IMG/VR virus record: IMGVR_UViG_3300029566_000146
Coordinates: 1 to 5,290 of that record
Source: a virus
DNA: 5,290 nt
Strand: one strand, 5' to 3'
This document shows positions 1 through 4,647 of the stretch, piece by piece. The translations under genes and the position numbers were made by a program. The notes beneath the pieces were generated by a model that was given only the letters and a program-made list of their open reading frames with translations, made no database searches and was not told where the DNA came from. The stretch's first letter is position 1. Every line of letters starts with the position of its first letter.

Positions 1-21
1 GATAGCCGCTGAAAAAAAAAT

Positions 22-59
22 CCTCCCCGTGCCTGGTATGGTCGGGGAGGTGTTTTTTT
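22..59. terminator. Bidirectional rho-independent terminator
   Basis: An 8-bp GC-rich stem, CCTCCCCG (22-29) with CGGGGAGG (43-50), encloses a 13-nt loop. It is preceded by A9 (12-20) and followed by TGTTTTTTT (51-59), so either strand reads hairpin plus U-tract. It lies 3 nt past the stop (63-65) of the minus-strand gene. In frame 1 of the + strand (gat agc cgc) a TGA falls at 10-12, which could be the end of an upstream + strand gene. Confidence 0.8.
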
Positions 60-62
60 ATT

Positions 63-299
63 TTAAAATCTCGTGAATATTTTCCCGTCTGTTGTCTGCG
101 CGATTTTTTCCCAGAAGATTTCGTCAAGATATCTTGTTGTATCAACATAGTTAATGTCGATGCGCTTGACGATGAAAAAGTCATAAAACTCTTCTTCTTC
201 GTTCACTGCGGTGAACTTAAATGCTTTGTATTGATAGTTTTTCGTGTAGACGATTCCTTCCGTAAAGACCTTTTCGAGAAATTCTTTTTTGACTTTCAT
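63..299 (-). CDS. Hypothetical small acidic protein (78 aa), function unknown
   Basis: Intact ORF with ATG start. A Shine-Dalgarno AAAGGAGA (complement of 307-314) begins 14 nt before the ATG. A consensus promoter lies upstream and a terminator directly downstream. I recognise no motif and no obvious helix-turn-helix. Codon preference is C-ending (gtc, atc, gac, aac, ttc, tac), unlike the T-ending + strand block. Confidence 0.75.
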   Translation of the reverse strand: MKVKKEFLEKVFTEGIVYTKNYQYKAFKFTAVNEEEEFYDFFIVKRIDINYVDTTRYLDEIFWEKIAQTTDGKIFTRF

Positions 300-326
300 T
301 GTTTTATCTCCTTTCCTTTTATGCTT

Positions 327-370
327 CTATTGTAGCATAGAAATTTCTATTTGTCAATAGGAAATTCTAT
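327..370. promoter_or_regulatory. Phased CTAT/ATAG operator-like array, including a perfect 14-bp palindrome
   Basis: The array is CTAT 327-330, ATAG 337-340, CTAT 347-350, ATAG 357-360 and CTAT 367-370, alternating every 10 bp. The longer word TTCTAT recurs at 325, 345 and 365 (20-bp spacing). ATAGAAATTTCTAT (337-350) is a perfect palindrome that fills the spacer of the minus-strand promoter. Confidence 0.55.
329..357 (-). promoter_or_regulatory. Sigma-70/SigA-type promoter for the 78-aa gene
   Basis: Read on the minus strand, the -35 is TTGACA (complement of 352-357), the spacer is exactly 17 bp (335-351), and the -10 is TACAAT (complement of 329-334). The predicted transcription start near 321 leaves a short leader containing the Shine-Dalgarno site. 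Confidence 0.7.
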
Positions 371-400
371 TTTCTTTTTGAAAAAAACGCAGGCAGTTGC

Positions 401-552
401 CACGTTTAGTCACGCGATAGCGTCTCCACCGCGGCCCCCGTCCCCGCAAGGGCAAAGCCCTTGCCCTTCCTAAACAGGCTGGCAGGGGCTTTCGATACGT
501 AGTGACTGCCGTGACGGCGGGAGCCGGTGGGCGTGAGTGTAATACGCCCACC
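401..552 (+). other. GC-rich, hairpin-dense non-coding island (candidate phage intergenic origin, packaging region or att junction)
   Basis: My hand count gives 96 G+C in 401-550 (64%), against visibly AT/T-rich flanks. Hairpin 1 is 446-464 (GCAAGGGC aaa GCCCTTGC, 8 bp). Hairpin 2 is 506-520 (CTGCCG tga CGGCGG, 6 bp including one G-U). Hairpin 3 is 526-552 (8 bp). Only low-complexity R/P/G-rich ORFs without ribosome-binding sites cross the island. Confidence 0.5.
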
Positions 553-557
553 TTTTT
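526..557 (+). terminator. Intrinsic-terminator-like hairpin at the 3' edge of the GC island
   Basis: GGTGGGCG (526-533) pairs with CGCCCACC (545-552) around an 11-nt loop, followed directly by TTTTT (553-557). The A-run needed for minus-strand function is absent, so it would act on + strand transcripts only. Confidence 0.5.
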
Positions 558-568
558 GTAATTTCCTC

Positions 569-597
569 TTGACAGCTCCTTCATATTGTGGTAACAT
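569..597 (+). promoter_or_regulatory. Sigma-70/SigA-type promoter with extended -10, upstream of the Rep gene
   Basis: The -35 is TTGACA (569-574), the spacer is 17 bp (575-591), and the extended -10 is TGgTAACAT (589-597). The predicted transcription start is near 604, downstream of the GTG at 588 that the ORF track uses as the Rep start. Confidence 0.7.
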
Positions 598-629
598 TTA
601 GCCAAGGAAATGAAAGGTGGTTTTCTCAC

Positions 630-1766
630 ATGAAAACGGTTGTTAAACTTGACTATGCTACTTTTGCTTTTGAGCAAGGTTCGATTTCTATTCCTAAAAT
701 CGAAGACGCGCTTGCTCAGTGTGACTTACATTTTGCGCAGACTTCCAACGCAAGTGAGAATTCCCCCTACAATTCCCCTGCGGGTCTTTTCTTTAAGCCG
801 AACAACGGCTCGAAACAGTCTCCGCACTCCTTGCAAGTGTCCGGTCATGGTTGTGAGCTTTTCCGTTCCACATTGCCGCGGCTTGCTTCACTGATGCATG
901 ATGGTCACGAATTCGGTCACTTTTCCCGTCTCGATTTTTGCTTTGATGTTGTCATGACAAAGCATCGTTGGCGCGAGTTTTATTTGGGTGTTATTTCTGC
1001 TTCTGTGGATGAAATGAATTGCCCTGAAAAAGCCCGTAAGGTTCGCAAGTTCATGTATCAGGGTTACGGCGATTCTACTACCGTTTATATCGGGCGCAGA
1101 ACGTCTTCTGCGGTTTTTTGCCGTATCTATAATAAATCCCTGCAAGACCCTGATAAAAAGCTCTGTACGGCTTCTGGTGAGCTTCTGGAATGCCCCGATG
1201 ATTCTTATATCATTCGTTACGAGATTGAGTTGAAGTTTACTTCTCGTGTACGTTCTGGTTCTCGTTCCGTTTATGACCCGTCTCCGCTTTTCTGGTTTTA
1301 TTATGAAGACCCTGAGAATCTCTTCGCTTATCTTCGTAAAGTCTGGAATCGTTACGGGAATGAAACTCTTCTCCCTGATGGTTGGGAAGATATGCAGTTT
1401 GTGACTGATATTGAAGCCCGCAACATTCATTTTGTTAGGGACTTATTGCATCCCCTTAGTAATGACCTTGCACAAAAGTTTTCCGTTTCTATCCATACCG
1501 AAGAACAAAAAATGTCTTATGTTGCTACTGTCTTTGGGCATCGTATCATTGATATCCTTCTTTATCGTCCTGAGCTGCTTTTCCTCTCTTGTTGCAAGTG
1601 GGAGCAGTTTTACAATGAACGTCTTACGTTCTCCCCTCTCGCACTGACTCAGGAAGTCGCGCAATTCTTTGAGTCTTCGCGCATTGCCGTTGAGGAATTC
1701 CGTGAAGTTGTTGAAGACCCCTCTCCCTTTAGTGAAGATGGGTTTGATGATATATCTTTATTCTGA
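630..1766 (+). CDS. Rolling-circle replication initiator, Rep_trans-like (RstA / pT181 RepC type)
   Basis: Long intact ORF. I prefer the ATG at 630 because a Shine-Dalgarno AAAGGTGG sits at 613-620 and the promoter overlaps the GTG at 588. Motifs RIYNK (1122-1136) and RYEIELK (1215-1235) match my memory of the conserved R-I/F-Y-D/N-K and RxExE blocks of the Rep_trans family (PF02486). The position as first gene, ahead of a small ssDNA-binding protein, fits filamentous phage layout. Confidence 0.8.
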   Translation: MKTVVKLDYATFAFEQGSISIPKIEDALAQCDLHFAQTSNASENSPYNSPAGLFFKPNNGSKQSPHSLQVSGHGCELFRSTLPRLASLMHDGHEFGHFSRLDFCFDVVMTKHRWREFYLGVISASVDEMNCPEKARKVRKFMYQGYGDSTTVYIGRRTSSAVFCRIYNKSLQDPDKKLCTASGELLECPDDSYIIRYEIELKFTSRVRSGSRSVYDPSPLFWFYYEDPENLFAYLRKVWNRYGNETLLPDGWEDMQFVTDIEARNIHFVRDLLHPLSNDLAQKFSVSIHTEEQKMSYVATVFGHRIIDILLYRPELLFLSCCKWEQFYNERLTFSPLALTQEVAQFFESSRIAVEEFREVVEDPSPFSEDGFDDISLF

Positions 1767-1784
1767 TGAAAGGATGGTCGCACT

Positions 1785-2027
1785 ATGAAAGTTACTGTAG
1801 TTGGTAAGTCCCGCCGCGCTGGTACATCTAAGCAGGGCAAAGACTATGATTTTACCACTCTCATGGCCGAATATTCGATGCGTGCAAACGATGACAATGA
1901 CGGCGTTCAGGTTGATAGAATCAATGTCGAAGCTCGCATGATGCCGTATGCGCTCATTGTCGTTGGCGCTATGTATGACCTCGATTTTGACCGCAACGGT
2001 TATCTTCTCGGAATTGAGGAAGTCTAA
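1785..2027 (+). CDS. Gene-V-like ssDNA-binding protein (80 aa)
   Basis: ATG start with AAAGGATGG at 1769-1777. Its size and position right after Rep fit Ff gene V. The segment RRAGTSKQGKDYDF (1812-1853) resembles the M13 gVp DNA-binding wing TRSGVSRQGKPYSL as I recall it (G-x-S-R/K-Q-G-K-x-Y). A C-terminal G-x-x-Y ... F ... G-x-L pattern is also similar. Confidence 0.65.
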   Translation: MKVTVVGKSRRAGTSKQGKDYDFTTLMAEYSMRANDDNDGVQVDRINVEARMMPYALIVVGAMYDLDFDRNGYLLGIEEV

Positions 2028-2063
2028 CTTCCTTTGTTCAAACCCAAATTTCATTTCCTATTG

Positions 2064-2083
2064 GAGAGCGGTTATCCGCTCTC
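2064..2083 (+). other. Perfect 8-bp hairpin 4 nt upstream of the tRNA
   Basis: GAGAGCGG (2064-2071), loop TTAT, CCGCTCTC (2076-2083). No U-tract follows, so it is not a canonical terminator. It sits between the ssDNA-binding gene stop (2027) and tRNA position 1 (2088). Confidence 0.5.
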
Positions 2084-2087
2084 ACAT

Positions 2088-2161
2088 GGCGGGGTGGTGC
2101 AACGGTAGCACGTCAGTCTCTGAAACTGAAACTGCTGGTTCGAATCCAGACCCCGCAACCA
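2088..2161 (+). tRNA. tRNA-Gln (anticodon CTG at 2120-2122) with encoded CCA
   Basis: I folded the cloverleaf by hand. The acceptor is 2088-2094 with 2151-2157 (six G-C pairs plus a G1-A72 mismatch), and U8 is 2095. The D stem is GTGC/GCAC (2097-2100 with 2108-2111) and the D loop is AACGGTA with the GG dinucleotide. The anticodon stem is TCAGT/ACTGA (2113-2117 with 2125-2129), and the loop CTCTGAA has U33 and A37. The variable loop has 4 nt. The T stem is GCTGG/CCAGA (4 bp plus a G49-A65 mismatch) and the T loop is TTCGAAT. The discriminator is A2158 and the CCA is 2159-2161. Confidence 0.75.
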
Positions 2162-2209
2162 AAACGGACTTGACCTCCGTTATTCGATGTCGCGAAAGGT
2201 GGTGACGAA

Positions 2210-3397
2210 GTGAATAATAAGCATCGGTGCTTGTTTAAGCGCTTCGCCGCCCTTGTCGCGGCTCTGTTATCTTGTCTTTGTCTTTGTTTTCCTTGTTTTG
2301 CTTCTAACAATGCCGCTACTTTCGAGTGGGTTGTTTCTGATGAAAAGCAAATGTACGCTGAAAATGGACAGTTAACTCGATATTTACAGCTTTCTCCATT
2401 TGTTGATGGACAATTTTATGCGGCTACGTTTGAAACTCGTTTTTTGTCTTATCGTGGTTCGTATTATGTCGGCCCTCATACTGATAGCCCTTCTTATCAT
2501 ACTTACCCTCAAGTATGGGGTTGTCCTGTAAATTATCCTGATTGGTGGCGCGCCGATTTACCGCTTGGTCGCACTTCTTATGTTCAGTTTGATAAACTTA
2601 AGTTTATCTCTTCTGGTTCTTCTCCTTTGTTTTCAGATTTAACTTCGGTTTCTTTTTTACCTCAAAATAAGATTTATTCTTTTGATATTACTGCTGACCA
2701 AGTTGTTCAAAAACAAAAATATCCTGACCCCGATGTTCATTTGTCTGGGAAGTTTCCTTTTTATCTAATTTATACTTATTCTCAGGCTACTAATAATGAT
2801 GTTAATGATAGTTTTGTCGGTGCTGATTTACTTTGCCTTACTGGTATGCCTGTTTCTTATAATGCTTCGTCTCCTGTTATTTATACTATGTTTGAAGATC
2901 AGTGTGTTTTGGCTTTGAATCAAAACAATCTCCATTATTCTTATGTTTGGATTGATTCTATGGCGAACGCCTCTTTAAGTCAAATTGAATGGCTTGTTAT
3001 GCCTAATATTTGTGATTGGACTGATGAGCAGAAATTACAACTCAATAACAAAATTTTGAAAGTTTCTGCTGAGGTTTCTTTCTGGATTGATGCTAACAAG
3101 CTTCCGGCTGGTTTGGAAGTTGGTGATACTTTCCCCGCTCCTGCGGCTGACCCCTTAGGCGATTTACAGAAGAAATTGTTGGAAGATTATAAAATACAGG
3201 ATAATATTACTGACACGCAGGATTATTTAGATGAAGCTATTAATGGCTTTGATTCTGTCGATTCTGATGTTGCTTCCGGTGCTTCTGGTCTTCTCGGCGG
3301 TCTTTTCCAGAATTTAGATTCGTTTCTCTTCTCTGTTTCCCTCCTTTGCCTTGGTGCTGTTTTTCTCCGCATAGTCCTTAGAAAGGCGGTTGACTGA
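2210..3397 (+). CDS. Secreted, C-terminally membrane-anchored structural protein (395 aa); candidate adsorption or minor coat protein (g3p-like architecture)
   Basis: GTG start with AAAGGTGG at 2195-2202. The N-terminus has a signal peptide: a basic n-region MNNKHRCLFKR, a hydrophobic core, then either ...CFA/SN (signal peptidase I type) or LLSC (lipobox-like). The C-terminus has a hydrophobic segment LFSVSLLCLGAVFL followed by the basic tail RIVLRKAVD, as in filamentous phage g3p. The assignment rests on architecture only, and I recognise no sequence motif. Confidence 0.6.
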   Translation: MNNKHRCLFKRFAALVAALLSCLCLCFPCFASNNAATFEWVVSDEKQMYAENGQLTRYLQLSPFVDGQFYAATFETRFLSYRGSYYVGPHTDSPSYHTYPQVWGCPVNYPDWWRADLPLGRTSYVQFDKLKFISSGSSPLFSDLTSVSFLPQNKIYSFDITADQVVQKQKYPDPDVHLSGKFPFYLIYTYSQATNNDVNDSFVGADLLCLTGMPVSYNASSPVIYTMFEDQCVLALNQNNLHYSYVWIDSMANASLSQIEWLVMPNICDWTDEQKLQLNNKILKVSAEVSFWIDANKLPAGLEVGDTFPAPAADPLGDLQKKLLEDYKIQDNITDTQDYLDEAINGFDSVDSDVASGASGLLGGLFQNLDSFLFSVSLLCLGAVFLRIVLRKAVD

Positions 3398-3528
3398 TGA
3401 CTTTTCTTGCCTTCTTCAAATCAGTTTTTAGCCTTTTCGGTGATGCTGGCCTTTTTCTCATCGCTCTTGTTGTTTTCCTTGTCGGCTTCGGTATTTATAA
3501 GTTTGTTAAGGATTGGTTACCATGGTAG
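3397..3528 (+). CDS. Small hydrophobic membrane protein (43 aa), candidate minor virion or assembly protein
   Basis: Absent from the ORF track because of its size. The ATG overlaps the upstream stop (TGATG at 3395-3399). AAAGG at 3382-3386 has the same Shine-Dalgarno-to-start distance as the other genes. Translation: MTFLAFFKSVFSLFGDAGLFLIALVVFLVGFGIYKFVKDWLPW, with one transmembrane segment and a basic C-terminus. Confidence 0.6.
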   Translation: MTFLAFFKSVFSLFGDAGLFLIALVVFLVGFGIYKFVKDWLPW

Positions 3529-3686
3529 ATTTTGTTGCAACTCTCGGTGTAGTTACTTCGTTTGTTTATAATGTGCTTAATATGCCGTTTCTCCATTTTG
3601 GTACTTATGGCGGCTTAGTCCTTATGCTTTTTTTGCTTACTCTTGTTGGTTTCGTTCTCCGTAGTCTTTGGAATGGGGGTGATTAA
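3522..3686 (+). CDS. Small hydrophobic membrane protein (54 aa)
   Basis: Absent from the ORF track. ATG 3522 overlaps the previous ORF by 7 nt (ATGGTAG). AAGGA lies at 3508-3512. Translation: MVDFVATLGVVTSFVYNVLNMPFLHFGTYGGLVLMLFLLTLVGFVLRSLWNGGD, with two hydrophobic stretches. Confidence 0.6.
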   Translation: MVDFVATLGVVTSFVYNVLNMPFLHFGTYGGLVLMLFLLTLVGFVLRSLWNGGD

Positions 3687-3688
3687 TA

Positions 3689-4300
3689 ATGGAAGTACCA
3701 AGTATTATCAAAACTTGGGTTGATTCTGACGGCGTTACCGTTTATACTGTGGAGTATAAAGATGGTAGTACTTGCGATATGACCGTGCAGCAGTATGATT
3801 ATCTCATGGCGTCTGCGCAGGCTGTCGCCGATATGGACGCTAAAGCCGCTGCTGAATCTCCCTCGGAAGCTGCTTCTGCTCCTGAGCAACCCGCGCAGAA
3901 TATTACCGAATCTCCAGACCTCCGCGTTGGCTATGTGCCGGAGGAAGTTGAATTGCCTTTTGAGGGGAGTATGACCGCTTATGATGACCGCGCCGCAGAT
4001 ACTCCGGCTCTGTATGCTAATCTCCCTAACGTCTCTAATAGTTTCACTGCTATTATGGATTGGTTCGGAGATACGTTTTTCATCGAACGTACTGAAACGG
4101 TGCATAAGTCCGGCTATACGTCCGAAAGGTATTCCTATAACAGTTCGACTCAACTTATTCAGCTCCCTTATGAGGAAGATTCAACTACTACGACTCAGGT
4201 TCTCAACCCTCAAGCTTGCGTTTCTGCTTTGCTTGTTGTCCTTGTCTTCATTACTACTGTTACATGGATTAAAAACGCGATTTGGGGGCGCATGAGTTAA
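3689..4300 (+). CDS. Tail-anchored acidic protein (203 aa) with A/P/E/S-rich linker; candidate second minor coat or adsorption-complex protein
   Basis: ATG start with GGGGGTGA at 3675-3682, 2 nt after the previous stop. No N-terminal signal peptide. A low-complexity linker covers residues 41-76 (about 3809-3916). A C-terminal transmembrane segment CVSALLVVLVFITTVTW (about 4214-4267) precedes the tail IKNAIWGRMS. Confidence 0.7.
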   Translation: MEVPSIIKTWVDSDGVTVYTVEYKDGSTCDMTVQQYDYLMASAQAVADMDAKAAAESPSEAASAPEQPAQNITESPDLRVGYVPEEVELPFEGSMTAYDDRAADTPALYANLPNVSNSFTAIMDWFGDTFFIERTETVHKSGYTSERYSYNSSTQLIQLPYEEDSTTTTQVLNPQACVSALLVVLVFITTVTWIKNAIWGRMS

Positions 4301-4413
4301 TGCAAATTCTTCCTTTACAGTATTGTTTCGGTATCTTCTCTGTCCCCGAGATTGGTTATTTTATTATCTTCGCTGCTGTTTTCTCTATGTTGGTTCTCCT
4401 GCTCCGTTCGTGA
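4300..4413 (+). CDS. Small hydrophobic protein (37 aa)
   Basis: Absent from the ORF track. The ATG overlaps the upstream stop (TAATG at 4298-4302). A G-rich Shine-Dalgarno lies at 4284-4288. Translation: MQILPLQYCFGIFSVPEIGYFIIFAAVFSMLVLLLRS. Confidence 0.5.
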   Translation: MQILPLQYCFGIFSVPEIGYFIIFAAVFSMLVLLLRS

Positions 4414-4511
4414 CAGGTTCCATAAATATTTTTATGAAAGGATGATGACTTCAGGCTGCTACCTCTACTATTGCTACGCTGCTTTCTCAGGTCGGTGAAT
4501 TTTTCACCCAA

Positions 4512-4640
4512 ATGATTACTTGGATGGGTCAGCTCTTGGACTTCTATGAAGCTCAGCCGATTCTCCTTGTTTTCGTCCTCCTCGCCATCGGTGGTATTGT
4601 CCTCCGTATCCTTCGCCGCTGGATTCCCGGTCGTTCCTAA
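4512..4640 (+). CDS. Candidate major coat protein (42 aa from ATG 4512; frame is open from 4449)
   Basis: Translation: MITWMGQLLDFYEAQPILLVFVLLAIGGIVLRILRRWIPGRS. It has an acidic N-terminus, one transmembrane helix and an Arg-rich C-terminus, as in Pf3 and Ff major coat proteins. It is followed at once by the strongest terminator in the window, as Ff gene VIII is. The start is uncertain (see findings). Confidence 0.55.
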   Translation: MITWMGQLLDFYEAQPILLVFVLLAIGGIVLRILRRWIPGRS

Positions 4641-4647
4641 CGATTGA

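Noticed and set aside
408-507. Inverted 6-mers AGTCAC (408-413) and GTGACT (502-507) as a long-range stem or Rep iterons enclosing the GC island
   Set aside because: Only 6 bp are involved and neither side extends. Matches of that length are expected by chance in a 5-kb window.
435-531. G-quadruplex or i-motif potential (C5GTC4 at 435-445; G-runs at 485-488 and 516-531)
   Set aside because: The runs are short (mostly 2-3 G) and irregularly spaced, and hairpin formation explains the same bases more simply.
588-629. GTG at 588 as the Rep start codon, as in the ORF track (392 aa)
   Set aside because: The GTG lies inside the extended -10 element (TGgTAACAT, 589-597) of a near-consensus promoter, so it would be upstream of the predicted transcription start. 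It has no Shine-Dalgarno site, whereas ATG 630 has AAAGGTGG at the same spacing as the other genes. The choice remains unproven without transcript mapping.
354-677. Minus-strand ORFs of 107 aa (354-677) and 63 aa (406-597) across the GC-rich island
   Set aside because: Their translations are R/P/G/A-rich and low-complexity, as expected from GC-rich non-coding DNA. They have no Shine-Dalgarno site, run through two promoters and three hairpins, and overlap the Rep 5' end.
640-2054. ORFs overlapping Rep and the ssDNA-binding gene: 640-894 (+), 1411-1647 (+), 888-1430 (-), 1443-1664 (-), 1649-1840 (-), 1758-2054 (-)
   Set aside because: They are alternative-frame or antisense ORFs inside well-supported genes. 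The + frame ones are hydrophobic artefacts of T-rich sequence. None has a ribosome-binding site at the spacing used by the real genes.
2034-2064. Dedicated promoter for the tRNA (TTGTTC ... TATTGG)
   Set aside because: It matches poorly at both hexamers and has a 19-bp spacer. The tRNA is more simply read as processed from the rep-ssb transcript.
2113-2129. Suppressor or recoding tRNA (stop-codon reassignment)
   Set aside because: The anticodon reads CTG (a normal Gln CAG decoder), not CTA, TCA or TTA. None of the supported CDSs contains an in-frame stop that would require suppression.
1948-2310. ORFs 1948-2205 (+) and 2113-2310 (-)
   Set aside because: Both run straight through the hairpin and the tRNA gene and overlap neighbouring supported CDSs, and neither has translation signals.
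3683-4295. ORFs 3683-4153 (-) and 3981-4295 (+)
   Set aside because: They are antisense or alternative-frame to the 203-aa CDS, which has a proper Shine-Dalgarno site and coupling to its neighbours.
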